Under the pieces are notes generated by a model. The model was not told the origin of the DNA. It saw only the letters and a list, made by a program, of their open reading frames with translations, and searched no databases. Of a stretch of DNA of 50,658 nucleotides, positions 11,836-24,984 are shown one piece after another. The number at the start of each line of letters is the position of its first letter. The first letter of the stretch is position 1. Location of the stretch: the NCBI RefSeq assembly GCF_020745735.1, contig NW_026867761.1, positions 62,001-112,658 of the forward strand. Direction: 5' to 3'. A program made the translations under genes and the position numbers. The DNA comes from Hemiscyllium ocellatum (lineage: Eukaryota).

Positions 11836-12550
11836 ATGACAGCCCATTCCGGATTCCCACCACCTGTTGAGTGAAAAAGTTCTTCACCAAATCTTATTTG
11901 CAGTGTCCATAATGAAATCTTTCAAACCGTTCATTTTGTTTAATGTCATTTAGCTCTTGAGCTCCTTGTTCAATAAATGTTTTATTCTTTTTGATGAAAT
12001 ATGAGCTCTCTGACAGGGATGGTTAACTTTGTCCAATCAGGGAGCCCTGGCTGACAGATAGAAAAGGGCATGTCAGAAGGACTGATACTCTGGGACCTGA
12101 CTCTGAATAACAACCTGCCAACCAACCCCCTCCTTCTGTCACCCTCAATCTCCCCATGCTTACTCTTGTTTCACTTCGATCCAGCCTGTGCTACCTTTGG
12201 GAGCAGTTGACCTTCCCTCCATCGCCCAGGAATGTGGTCATTATCCCAGAGCAGTCACACTTTTAACCTGAGGGTCATCACAGCTGGGGCAGGGGGAGAG
12301 AAGGTGGCACCTTCATGGTGGTCATTCCTGTCATTAATCCACCGCAACCTCTCTTGGGGCTGCAAGAATTCAACCTCCCTCCCTCAGACAGCTCCCCTCC
12401 CTGGAAGGTAATATTGCTGCACCTTGTTTTGGGTTAATTAACCACTGAAATATGACTATGGGGAGCCAGCATTGGCTGGGCAGGCAGCCACGATTGACCC
12501 TGGATTCAGAAAGTCCCCTTGTAATTGGGCAACACATTAGGGAGCACAGT

Positions 12551-12623
12551 CTAGATTAGAGTAGTGCTGGAAAGGCACAGCAGGTCAGGCAGCATCTGAG
12601 GAGCAGGAAAATCGACATTTCTG
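12551..12623. mobile_element. 73-bp PLE-derived fragment flanked by a 16-bp direct repeat
   Basis: CATTAGGGAGCACAGT at 12535-12550 and 12624-12639; the insert matches the arm of the 13200-13430 element. Confidence 0.75.
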
Positions 12624-13199
12624 CATTAGGGAGCACAGTGCCCACTGCCTCTGAAATCCCTCCCTTACTGAGAATACACTCTCAGTATTCACCTTTCTCA
12701 GCTGCCATCTGAATTTACAATAAATTCTGTGGCCAATGATCCTGCCCCTCCAGCTACCTGATGAAGAAGCAGTGCTCTGAATGCTTCTACTTTCAAATAA
12801 ACCTGTTTGACTATCACCTGGAGTTGTTGGATTTTTAACTTCGGCCATCTGAATGAGCTGCCATCTCAGACTGAATCAGCAGAACGGTTTTCCATTCATG
12901 ATTTGAGAAGATTAAAGCCTAATCTTTAATCCCCAGCACAAAGCCCATTTTCAATCCATCGCTCAGAGACACATACCTCAGAGAGACACCTATAGACAGC
13001 ACAGAGTAACACACTCACTCTGTGAGACAGGTAGCACTGAGGAACATGATCACACTCCATGCTGCAGATAGGTGTCTCCGAATGTGGGTGCGTTACTGAA
13101 CGCTGCCTGTAGGTGTCTCTCTGAGTAACAAATCCACACTGAGAGAGACCCCTCCAAGCAGCATTAAGTTAAACACTCACACTCAGAGAGTCACACATT

Positions 13200-13430
13200 C
13201 TAGATTAGATTGGTGCTGGAAAAGCACAGCAGTTCAGGCAGCATCCGAGGAGCAGAAAAATCAACGTTTTCGGCAAAAGCCCTTCAACAAGAATAAAGCT
13301 CTATTCCTCATGAAGGGCTTTGCCCGAAATGTCGATTTTCCTGCTCCTCAGATGCTGCCTGAACTGCTGTGCTTTTCCAGTACCACTCTAATCTAGAATC
13401 AGGTTTCCATCATCTGCAGTCCTTGTTTTT
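13200..13430. mobile_element. Non-autonomous inverted-repeat (foldback) element of PLE-terminus type; related copies at about 23635-23850, 31575-31775, 40195-40340, 42205-42365 and 43530-43625
   Basis: Arms of about 90 bp (tagattag..gtgctggaaaagcacagcag.tcaggcagcatc) in inverted orientation around a hammerhead-like core. Confidence 0.75.
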
Positions 13431-14010
13431 ACCTCAGAGAGACACAGCTGACAATGTCAGTGATTGGCTGAAGATTGTTTCAGCAGCTACCCAACATGCA
13501 GCAGAGATTGCCCAGTGCGATCCCATCAGCTGGACCTGGACCAACAGAGTGAAGAGGGAATGCATCAGATTGTACTTATTGAGTCCTAACAGCTTTCAGT
13601 TTCTGTTCTTTTTGGAATCTTGTAACCTGCATAAATCCCTGATCAAAGGGATCATTTGAAAATGATTAATGAGTGATGATTGTAATTGATTGACAGGCCA
13701 ACCAGCCAATCTTGACAATGACCTGCTGAAATGCAGCCAATCAACTGGGGGGTGGGGAAGGTCATCTATTTCCAAAGCACACAGAGACAGAGACTGAATC
13801 TTCATCTTTATTCCCTTTTCCACATTCACATTGACAGAAAAAAAACTGCAATTAACAGCCCAGACAGAGGAAGCTGCTCAAATTCACAGCCACAATGGAG
13901 TTTAAGGAAAACATTTGTGGAGAATTGCTCAATAACATGAGAATCCTGTCCCTTCAAACAGTGACAAAACCTTAAATTGGAACTGACAGCTGAGCAGGAA
14001 GGAGATCTGG

Positions 14011-14016
14011 TTTATT
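14011..14016 (-). terminator. Probable polyadenylation signal AATAAA of the light-chain mRNA
   Basis: About 320 nt 3' of the stop, with a downstream GT/T-rich tract on the minus strand; a second AATAAA lies at 13807-13812. Confidence 0.65.
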
Positions 14017-14337
14017 GAAGCAGAGAATTCTGAGGTTCACATTGTTTTGTACAGCTGACAGTCTTCAGCAACTTCAAGAGATTTTACTTGGCATCACAAG
14101 TCAACCCTGTCCCCATCAAACACTCCCACAACAGGGACAGCATGGCGTTTGACACAGCATAAAGCTCCCTCGACCCTGTCGCAATGACCTGCTTTTACAT
14201 CCAAACCTCAGAAGGTTCTCTGAGCAGTCCTGAGAAGGAAGAGAGTTGAAATTCAGTGCTGACAATGACCTTTGTCCTGCCAGCTCAGCCCTGTTCTATT
14301 TAAAGTTGTGTCTCCTCTGTGGACTGTCTCACACTCT

Positions 14338-14666
14338 CTACACACATTCTGATTTACTGATGCTCTTGCTGAGGGGAGAGGGGAGGGTCACATGGGTGAG
14401 GGCACAGGAGAAGTGAGCGTTGGACTCCCAGTCAGACCCAGAGAGGGTCAGCAGGCTGCTGACACTGTAGGTACTGTCCGAAGCTCGCAGGTAGTTGCTG
14501 GTCTGAACCCCGTCTGAAATGACTGCACCGTCCTTCTTCCACTGCACCTCCAGCTCATCGGGATAGAAGTGATTGGCAAGGCACACCAGGGTGGCAGTGC
14601 CCTTGGCATTGACCTGCTCCGGGGAGGGAGGCAGCAGGGTCAGCTTGGGCTGAGAGTTCTCACGGC
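14338..14666 (-). CDS. IGKC: Ig kappa-type light-chain constant exon (S)RENSQPKLTLLPPSPEQVNAKGTATLVCLANHFYPDELEVQW...FSCALTHVTLPSPLSKSISKSECV*
   Basis: Acceptor tttcag|GC at 14667/14666, Ig C1-set Cys/Trp motifs, penultimate Cys for the H-L disulfide, TAG at 14340-14338; resembles recalled shark type III (NS4/kappa) C. Confidence 0.96.
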
Positions 14667-15199
14667 CTGAAAGACAAGAGAAACAATTTTAATCCCTGCC
14701 ATTTGAAGGGAATTCAACCCTCACAATATTCACTGGCAATACAATCTTTTTGAACATTTTTAGTCAATACAGAATAAACCCGACAAAAGAACAGACACTG
14801 TTCAAATTGCTTCTTGGGATCTGAGTGTCACTGGCAGGGCCAACATTCATTACCGTCCCTAGTTGCCCCTGAGAAGGTGATGGTGAAGCAGCAGAGAGAG
14901 AAGGGACAATTTTGGACCATCAGTTATGGAATGAATGTAGGCATCTGGAAGGGCTATCGATGGGGGATCATTTTAGTGACAGTGATCAGAACTCAGTGAG
15001 ATTGAGAGAAGGGATGGAAACGGAGAACCATGGAGCAAGTGTAAAAGTTTTCATTTTCCTAAACTGTGCAGTGCTTTGGTAAAATTGGATCGGAACCAAT
15101 GACATGATGGAAAATCAGTGTCAGGGCAGTGGGATCCCTCGAAGGATGAGACAGACTGTTCTGAATCTGTTCCCACAATGAGTAAGGGTGGGACTCCCA

Positions 15200-17880
15200 G
15201 ATCTAGACCAAACAAGAGGATTGGGTTCACGTACTGACAAAGATTGGGAACTGGTTGGCAGGCAGCACAGAAAGAATGAGTCTTTTTCTGAATGGCAGGT
15301 AATTACAACTTAGGCTGCCACAGGGGTCAGCCCTTGGTACCCAGTTATTCATAATAAATAACAATGGATTCATAGGGACCCAAAAGGCCCATCAGCCCAT
15401 TGTGTCCATACTGGTCAAAAAACAACAACCCAATAATTGTCATCCATTTTTCCAGCAAAAGGGAATTAGATGCAATGTGTATTTAAGAAGGAATTAGATA
15501 TAGTTCTTAGGATTAAAGGGATCAAAGAATGTGGGGAGAAAGTAGGAACAGGGGACTGTGTTGGATGAACAGCCATGATCATATTGAAGGGTGGAGCAGG
15601 CTTGAAGGGCTGAATGGCCTACTGCTGCTCCTGTGTTTGATGTTTCTATCTGTTTCTCAGATAATGAAGGAATGTCTCTCATCATTTTGAAGCTGGAAGT
15701 CAGATGTGTGTGGAGGTGGAAGATGTGGCCATGGTGACTAATGAATGCAGGTCAGTGAGGTGGTTCAGAAGACACATGGGATAAACTGTTTTTCTTTCTC
15801 CCTTGATGGAATGAGGGCATTGCTGGATCGGCAGCATTTATTGCCCATCCCTAATCACCCAAAGGGCAGTTTAGAGTCACCCACATTGCTGTGGGTCTGG
15901 GGTCACATGGTAAGGATGGCAGTTTTCTGCCCTAAAGGACATAAGGGAATCAGATGCTTTTTCCTGACAATCAACGATGGTTTCATGGTCATCATTAGTC
16001 TCTTAATTGCAGATTTTGTTTTGATTGAATTTGAATGCCACCATCTGCTGGATTCTAACCCTGGTCCCCAGAACATTATCTGGATCTCTGGATTAACAGC
16101 TCAGCAATAACACCATTAGACCATCACCTCCCTTATCTCATTTTTGGTTGACTGTGAAAGCAAGGAGTTTGTTTATTCTGGAACTGTATAAAACCCCAGT
16201 TAGAGCACAGTGAGAGAACTGTGTACGGTTCTGGTCACCACATTACAGGAAGGATGTGATTCCATTAGAGATGGGGACAGAGGAGGAGTTTGTCTGGAAT
16301 GGGGACTTTGAGCTTTGCGGAATGATTGGATTGGCTGGGACTGTTTTCTTTGGAACACAGGAGGCTGAGGGGAGATTTGATGGTGGTGTGTAAAATGATG
16401 AGGGGCCTGGACCGAGTGGGCTGATTTCCACCAGCACAGAGGGCAATAACCATGGGGAGAGATTGAAATCAGTTGGGGGCAGGATTAGAGGGGGGTTGAG
16501 GGTATTTGTTTTCACCCAGAGCTTGGTGGGATGTGGGACTCACTGTCTGAAAGGGTGGGAGAGGCAGAAACCCTCATCACATTGAAAAAACACTTAGATG
16601 TTCACTTGAAACAGCGAAACTTCCAGAGCTATGGAGCAAGAGCTGGAAAGTGGGGTGGAGCGTGATATCTCTTTAACAAACCTCCGATTACCCACAGATC
16701 AGGAGAACTTATCCAAGAACATTGGAGCAGACTCGGATCCACACACGTCAGGAAAGAATCACGTTGGGTGTCTGTGTAGAAGATTCTAGATTATATTTCA
16801 AACTTTGCTGCACACTATTGGGCTGAGGTCAAGGGTGAGGCTGCAAAGAGTCTCAGTGTCCTAGGGTCAGACAGGGTCACTGCTCCTAATGACCCCATGA
16901 CTCCTGGAAGGTGAGAGTGCGCAGACAATGGATGAGGATCCAGATCAGGAGACTCCAACCTTCAAGAAAGACTTGCACTTGTGTAGCACCTGTCCCCAAT
17001 TCAGGATGTCCCACTGGATCTTTCCAGCAGACTGTGCACAGCGAGATCCCAAACACCATGTGATAATTAGCAGAGAAATACATTCTGAGTGATTTTGACT
17101 GGGGGATAAATATTGACCAGGGACACCAGGGGGAACTGCCTTCTCTTCATCCAATAGTGCCATGGAATGGCATCTTTCACAACTGAAAGACTCTCAGTTC
17201 ATCCAAAAAATGAAGAATAGTTCCTTGAAGATGAAGTTGCAGGTAGGTAGGGAAGTGACAAAGTCATTTGGTTTGCTTTCCTTTATTTGTCAGTGCATTG
17301 AGTATTGGAGTTGGGAGCTGTTGCGGCTGTACAGGACATTGGTTAGGGCACTTTTGGAATACTGTGTGCAATTCAGTTCTCCTTGATGTAGGAAAAATGT
17401 TGCGAATCTTAAAATGATTTACAAGGATGTTGCCAAGGTTGGAGGGTTTGCATGAAAAGGAGAGGCTGAATAGGCTGAGGCTGTTTTTCCTGGATCATTG
17501 CAGGTTGATGGGTGACCGTATAGAGGTTTATAAAATCATGAGCGGCATAGATAGGGTGAATAGAGAAGATTTTTTTCTCCAGAGTTGGGGAGTCCAGAAC
17601 TGGAGGGCATAGGCTGAAGGTGACAGGGGAAAGATTTAAAAGGGACCTAAGGGACAATGTTTCCATTCAGAGGGTGTTAAATGTATGGAATGAGCTGCCA
17701 GAGGAGGTGGTGAAGGCTGGGACAATTACAACATTTAAAAGGCATGGATATGTAAATAGGAAGATGTTAGAGGGATATGGGCCAAATGCTGGCAAGTGGG
17801 ACTAGATTAATTTCAGATATCTGGTCAGCATGGATGAGTTGGACCAAAGGGTCTGATTCTGTGCTGTCCATCTCTCTGAC
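15200..17880 (+). mobile_element. Three CR1-like LINE 3' fragments (about 15200-15660, 16140-16700, 17190-17880), interrupted by SINEs
   Basis: LYRTLVRALLEYCVQFSSP and MRDNVSIQRVLNVWNELPEEVV-like (FFTQRVV..WN.LP) motifs and CR1 3' tails. Confidence 0.8.
15805..16132 (-). mobile_element. tRNA-derived SINE with an RTE-like 3' tail
   Basis: Minus strand A box TGGTCTAATGG and B box GGTTAGAATCC; tail gggatgggcaataaatgctg resembles the 3' end at 31975-32030. Confidence 0.6.
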
Positions 17881-18259
17881 TCTAATTGTATTTCAATCCA
17901 GCCCTTAACACTTCAGGCTCTCCCAAAGACATTTACAGACAGTTTTGTTTGACAAGCAGTCACTGTTGCAATGTCAGTAACGTGGCAGCCAGTTTCTACA
18001 CAGCAAGATCCCACTGGAAGCAATGAGATCAAAGAGTAATAATGATGTTGGCTCAACGATAAATATTGGCCTGAACTCAACCCAAAGAGAAAGGAATTTG
18101 GTTCAGTTGGATGGAAAATGAGAAAATGGAAGGTAAAGGAGAAGGTAGGATTGCTGGTTAGTGATGGGATTGATTGTTACCAAAAAATAAAAGAAAGGGA
18201 TGGAATTTTTAAATATCAAAGGGATCATAAAAGTGCAGGGAAAATCAACAATAGAACAA

Positions 18260-21030
18260 ACTTCAAGAGTTTGTATCTAAATGCACAAAGCAATCTGAGT
18301 AAGGTTGACAAAGTGATGCCACACATTGAGGTAAATTGAGTTTCCAAGGAATTTAAACTAGTTAAAGTGGAGGAGGGCTCAGGAAAGGTTATTCAAGTTT
18401 CTAGAAGATGTAAAAGGACAGAGAGTACAGAAAGGATCCGGAATTGAACATAAAGCACAGCAGCTAAGAGGACAATGATTGGAAGGAGGGCAGTCAATGC
18501 AGGACTGAGGGTGTTGTACTTAAATGCACACAGTGTACACAATGGGCTTGTAGTGCAGATTGAAACTGGCAGGTACGATGTTGTGGGTATCACAGGGACA
18601 TGGCTGAAAGGGAATTCGGGCTGGTAACTAAATATCCAAGGTTATATGTCCTATCAAAAGGACGGGCAGATGGGCAGAGGGGGAAGAGTTGCCTTGTTAG
18701 TGAGAAATGAAATTAAATCAATAGCAAGAAGTGATGTAGAGTCAGAAGGTGTAGTATCTGTGTGGGTAGAGCTGAGGAACTGCAATAAATAAAGAATCTG
18801 ATGCAAGTTATGTCCAGGTCTCCAAGCAGTAATCAGGATGTGGGGAAGGAAATCAGTCAGGAGACAGAAAATGTCAGGGCAGACTTCAATGGATCGGTGG
18901 ACTGGGTAGTGTATCTCAAGGAAAGGATTTCATTGAATGTCTATGAGATGGATTTTGGAGCAGCTTGTGGTTGAGCCATTATGGAACAGGCAGGTCTGGA
19001 TTCAGTGATGTGTATTGAGGCAAACATGACTAGTGAGTTTAAGGTGAAAGTATCCCTGTGGATAAGTGACCATAATACAATAGAATTCCCCCTGTAGTTT
19101 GAGAGGGAGAAGCTGCAATCAGATTGAACAGTATTTCAGTTGAGTAAAGGTAACTCAATGTGGTGGAGAATAGTGGGAAGCCAGCGGATTAGGAAGCCTT
19201 TAAAAACCTGCAGAGGATAACTGAAAAAGCATAAAGGGTGGAGAATGTGAAATGTGGGAGTTATCTAGCCAGTAATATACAAGAAGATTGCAGGAGTTTT
19301 ATCAGGTGTATAAAAAGGAAGTGTGAGTCAAAAATAGACTATGGATCACTGGAAAATGAGGCTGGAGAATGAATAACAGGGAATGAAGGAATAGCAGAGG
19401 AATTGAATAGATATTTTGCCTCAGTCTGCACCATGGAAAACACCAGCAGTGTCCCAGTACTTCAAGACTGTCAGGGGCAGAGGGGAGTGCAGTGGCCATC
19501 ACTAAGGAGGAGGTACAGGGGAAGCTGGAAGGTCTGAATGTGGATAACGCACCCAGACTGGATGAACTACACCAGTGTGTTCTGAAGGAGATTGGTGAGG
19601 AGATTGTGGAGGCATTGGTGATGATCTTTCAGTAATCAATGGAGTCAGGGTGTGGAGGTGAGATGGGGATGGATTTGGTGGGGGCAAGGGACAGGAAAAT
19701 GGCTCACATATCACCCCTGTTTAAGAAGGGAGGGAGGTAGAAGATGGGACATTATCAGCCAGTTAGCCAGGACTCAGTTGTTGGTAAGGTTTTAGACTTC
19801 AATTTAAGGATGAAATTGCAGAGGACTTGGAAGTGCAATGGCTTCATCAAGGAGACGTCATGCCTGGCAAATCTGTTAGAATTCGTTGAGGAGGCAATGA
19901 GCCAGTCAGACAAAGGAGAGTCCGAGGAAGTAATCTATTTGGATTTCCACAAGGCATTTGACATAAGACAAGTGCCCACAGTATTAGAGGCAATGTAGTG
20001 GCATGGATTGAAGACTGGCAGGTTGGCATAAAGCAGAACGTGAGGAACAATGGCCGCTGGTGACTAGTAGAGTTCTGCATGTGTCAATGTTAGGACCATA
20101 ACTATTCACGTTATACATGAACAATCTGGATGAAGGAAGTGAAGACATTGTTGCTAGGTTTGCAGGTGACATGAGGTAGGTGGAGGGACAGGTAGTGTTG
20201 CGGACATGGGAAGGCTGTAAAAGCTCCTGGATAGGCTCGGAGAGTGGGCAAAGAAGTGGGCAGATAGAATACAATGTGTGACAGTGTGAGGGTGTGCACT
20301 TTGGGAGGAAGAAGAGATGCAAAGACTGTTTGCTAAATAAGGAAAGCCTTTGGAAATCTAAAGCACAAACCTCATTCAGGTTTCCCTTCAGGTTAACAGG
20401 CAGGTCCAGTTTGTGCTTGGGAAGGCAAATGAAATGATAGCATTCATTTCAATAGGGCCAGAATACAAGAGCAGAGATGTACTGCTGAGGCTGTGTCAGG
20501 CTCTGGTCAGACCACATTTGGAATATTGTGAGCAGATTTGGGACCCATAGTCTAAGAAACAATGTGCTGGTATTGGATGGGTTTACAAGAATGATCCTGG
20601 GAATGAAGGGTTTGTCATATGAGGCGTGGTTGAGGACTCTGGGTCTGTACTCGATGGAGTTTAGAAGAATGATGAGGGATCTGAATGAAATTTGCAGAAT
20701 ACTGATCGGCCTGGATAGAGTGGATACAGGGCAGACTCGGGAACCAAGGCACAACCTCAGAATGAAGGGCCGACCCTTTCGAGCTGAGGTGAGGAGGAAT
20801 TTCTTCAGCCAGAAGGTGGTGAATCTGTGAAACTCATTGCTACAGAGGGCAAGGGAGGCCAAGTCACTGAGTGTATTTAAGACAGAGATAGATAGGTTTG
20901 TGATTGTGAAGGGGATCGAACGTTCCTGTGGAGTAGGCAGGGGAATAGGGGTGAGAAGCATATCTGCCAAGATCAAATGGCAGAGCAGATTCAATGGGCT
21001 GAATGGCTGATTTCTGCTCCTATTTCTTAA
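18260..21030 (+). mobile_element. Degenerate CR1-like LINE ORF2 (APE endonuclease plus RT) with 3' tail
   Basis: SLYLNAQS endonuclease start, SCLANLLEF..VIYLDFHKAFD RT motif, NFFSQKVVNL 3' motif; stops and frameshifts. Confidence 0.85.
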
Positions 21031-21099
21031 AGACTTCTGGACAGTTTCCCCCAAAACCCTGGAACACTGAACCCACTGGACTGTGAGCCCTGCTGGAGC

Positions 21100-24000
21100 T
21101 GTTTGTCATCAGAAATTTGCCAAGAGACAACCAAAGAGTGGAGAGAGTGTGCATCCATGTGGGAATTTCAGAATGCTTCCTAGCTCCTGGAATACCTTTA
21201 GTACAGGAAGTGTGGTCAGTGACAGCAGTTGGAGCTCTGGGTTTTGGAGCTTAAGCAGCAGCTGGTGTCAGTGCGGAGCGTCCGTGAGGCTGAGAGCTCT
21301 GTGGAGAGCACGTTTCTAGATGTGGTCACTCTGCAGCTTCAGAGTATGCAGGGTCAGAGGGAATGGGGGAGCAGCAGACAGTCCAGAAGAAGCAGGCAGC
21401 TAGTACAGGAATCCCCTGACTGTATCCCACTCTCCAACCAGGATTCAGTTTGGAATCCTGATGAGAATGATGGGAGTGTAGCCAGAGCCAAGTCCATGGC
21501 ACCATGGGGGGGCTCAGCTTTATTGGGGGTGGGGGGGGGGTGGGTGTGTGGTGGTATAAGGAAGACTGGAAGAGTGATCGTGAAAGGAGATTCGAGAGTG
21601 AGGGCATCGATAGGTGTTTCTGCAGCTGCAGATGGGAATCCAGGATGGTGTGTTGTCTCCCTGGTGCCAGGGTGAAGGATGTCACTGAGCGACTGCGGAG
21701 CACCCTGAGGGGAGAGGGGGAACAGGCAGCAGTCGTGGTCCACATCAGTCCCAGTGACAGAGGGAGGAAAGGGATGTAGTCCTGCAGTCAGAATTTAGGG
21801 AGCTCAGAAGGGAAATAACATCAGAAACTCAAAAGTAGGAATCTTCAGGTTACTCCCAGTGCCCCAGGCAAGTGAGAAGAGGAGCAGGAGGATAACACAA
21901 GTGACTGTGGGGCTGGGAAGAGGATCCAGGAGGGAGGTTTTAGATTCTTGTGACATTGGGGCTGGGTCTGGGGGAGATGGGACCTGGGTAGACCAGACAG
22001 CGTTGCTCCTGAACAGAGCTGGCACTGAGCTCCATTGAGGTGATCTACTCGTGCTGTTGGAGAGGGTTTAAACTAACTTGGCAGGGCTGTGGGAGCCAGG
22101 AGGGAATATCGGAGAGGAACACCAAGATCCACAGAATCATCAGTGCAGTCAATAAGTCACCATCCAGTGGGAAGGATTTAGAGGAATACGTTTGCAAGGA
22201 ATTTACAGAGACCTGCAAATATAAATAGGGTGGGGGGGAATGTCTTTAATTTCTCAATATAGACTGGGATAGTAGCAGTGTGAAGGACAGAGAGGGACCA
22301 GAGTTGTGAGAGTGTGTTCATGTGAATTTTCCCCAGCCGCATGTTTCCAGTCCAATGAGAAAGGAGGCTCTGCTAGATCTGGATCTTGGCCCAAGTGGAT
22401 CAAGTGTCAGAGAGAGGACACTTAAGGAAGAGTGATCATTGTATCACAAAGTTGAGGGTGATGGTAGAAAAGACCAAATGCCTTTTCAGGGTCAAACATC
22501 TTCACTGGGGAAAATGCCAGCTTCTATAGGATATGGATGTAACGGATCCGAATAAAGTGGGATCAAACGTTGGCAGGAAAGTCCTGAAAAGAATAGTAGA
22601 GGATGTGGACCAGGTATAGTCGAGATACATTTGAAGGAGGGCAAACAATTCCTGAACTTACTCAAGGGCAAAAGTGGTAGAATTATGGTAAATAAGAAAA
22701 GGGAAAAGAGTAACTAGAGAGAGAATAGGGCCCCATGAAGATGAACAATGTACCTCTGGGTGGATCCACAGGAAATGGTTTAAGTCTTAAATGAATATTC
22801 CAGGTCAGTATTTATCATGGAGAAGGACATGGAAATTTGGGAACTTTGGAAGTAAATAGTAATGTCTTGACACAAGTCCACATTACAGAAGAGGATTTCT
22901 TAAAGTGCAAGATGGTAGATAAATCTCCAGGACCTGATCAGGTGTATCCCAGGACATTGTGGAAACCTAGGAAAGAGATTGCTGGATCCCTTGCTGAGGT
23001 ATGTTTCTGATTGACAGCCATGAGTGAGGTTCTGGAGAACCAGAGAGGTTGGCTAATGTTAGCCATTGTCTAAGGAAAAGCCAGGGAACTATAAACCAGT
23101 GAGCCTGATGTCATTGCTGGGTAAGATATTGGAGTGAATTCTGAGGGACAGGATTTACATGCATTTGGACAATCAATGCAGTTTTGTGCATGGTAATCGT
23201 GTCTCACTAACGTGATTGAGGTTGTTTGAAGAGAAGATTGATGTCAGCAGAACAGTAGACACTGTCTATATGGACTTCAGCAAAGCATTTGACAAGGTTC
23301 CACATGATAGACTGATTAGTAAGATTAGGCCACATGGGATCCAGGGGGAGCTAGCCATTTGGGTAAAAAAATGACTTCAAGATAGGAGACAGAGAGTGGT
23401 GGTAAGGGGTTGCTTTTCAGACTGGAGATCAGATGTCAGCTGTGTGCCACAAGGATTGGTGCTGGTTCCACGGCTTTTCATCATTTAAATACATGATTTG
23501 GATGTGAATATAAGAATTATAGCGAGTTTGTAAATGACCCCAAAATTGGTGGTACAGTGGATAGTGAAGAAGCATATCTGAGAGTACAGTGGGACCTTGA
23601 TCATTTGGGGAAATGGGCAGAGGTGTGGCAAATGGACAAAAGTGCAGACTGCAGATGCTGGAAACCAGAGTTTAGATCAGAGTGGTGCTAGAAAAGCACA
23701 GCATGTCAGGCAGCATCCGAGGAGCAGAAAAATCGACGTTTCGGCTAGAGGAATCCTGATGAAGGGCTTTTGCCTGAAACGTCAATTTTCCTGCTCCTCG
23801 GATGTTGCCTGACCTGCTGTGCTTTTCCAGCACCACTCTGATCTAAACTTGTGACAAATGGAGTTCAATTTAGATAAATGTGAGATGTTGCATTTTGGAA
23901 TGTCAAACCAGGGCAGGACTTATACTGTTCATGGTGGGGACCTGTGGAGTGTTGCTCAACAAAGTGACATCAGGGTGCAGGGGCAGGGGCAGGTGCAGGG

Positions 24001-24730
24001 GCAGGGGCAGGTGCAGGGGCAGGGGCAGGTGCAGGGGCAGGGGCAGGGGCAGGTGCAGGGGCAGGGGCAGATGCAGGGGCATTATTCCTTGACAGTGAAG
24101 TCACAGGGAGACAGGGAGATGAAGAAGGTGTTGGGTACACTTGCTTTATTGGTCACTGCACTAAGTGTCAGAGTTGGGACATCATTTGCAGCTGTACAGG
24201 AAATTTGGGAATAATGTGAACAATTCTGATCATCCTGTGATATGAAGGATGCTGTTAAACTTAAAATTCTTCAGAAAAGATTTCCATGGATGTTGCCTGG
24301 AACTGGAGGGTTTGAGCTGTCGGAAGAAGCTCAATAGACGGGGTATTTTTCCTGCAGGATCGGAGACTGAGGGGTGGCCTTATAGATGTTTATAAAATCA
24401 TGACGGGCATGGACAGGGTGTATATCCCAGGTCTTTGCCTTGGGAAAGGGAATCCAAAACTAGAGGGTATAGGTTTAAGATGGGAGGCAAAAGATCCAAA
24501 AGGGACCTGAGGGGTAACTTGTCACACAGAGGGTGGTGCGTGTCCGGATCGAGCTGTCAGAGAAAGTGCTGGTGACGGATACAATTATAACATTTAAAAG
24601 ATGTTTGGATGGGTACATGAATAGGAAGGGTTTAGAGGGATGTGGGCTAAATGCTGGCAAATGGGATGAGGTCAGTTTTGGATATCTAGTTAGCATGGAG
24701 AGGTTAGACTGAAAGATCTGTTTCCACGCT
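21100..24730 (+). mobile_element. Degenerate CR1-like LINE with ORF1 (esterase-like MVCCLPGARVKDV) and ORF2 remnants; carries the foldback element and the GCAGGG array
   Basis: ORF 21504-21779 has CCLPGARVKDVTERL; MEFNLDKCEMLHFG RT motif at 23858; CR1 3' tail. Confidence 0.85.
23977..24078 (+). repeat. 17 hexamer units GCAGGG/GCAGGT with an 18-bp higher-order period
   Basis: Read directly; contains four CAGGTG and one CAGATG. Confidence 0.95.
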
Positions 24731-24984
24731 GTCTGACTCCGTGACCATTAGAGGCTGGAAAAACTGAGATCTTTTACCCTGAAGTGCCGGAGGCTGAGGA
24801 GTGACCTTATAGAGGTTTATAAAATCATGAGGGACATAAATAATGTGAATAATACAGGAAGGAGGTGAATGTTTTGTAGAGCTGGCAAACATATGCACAA
24901 AGATCATTCCAGGGAAGAGGAATATCAGTTATGAAGATAGATTGGAGAATTTGGGACTGTCTTCTTTGGAGAAAGTTACAGATC

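Noticed and set aside
12010-12110. CCAAT plus TATA-like stretch resembling a solo LTR fragment
   Set aside because: No TG..CA termini, TSD or second copy could be defined
23858-24214. ORFs with QGQVQG or GRGRC repeats
   Set aside because: Translations of the hexamer array inside a LINE; not a gene
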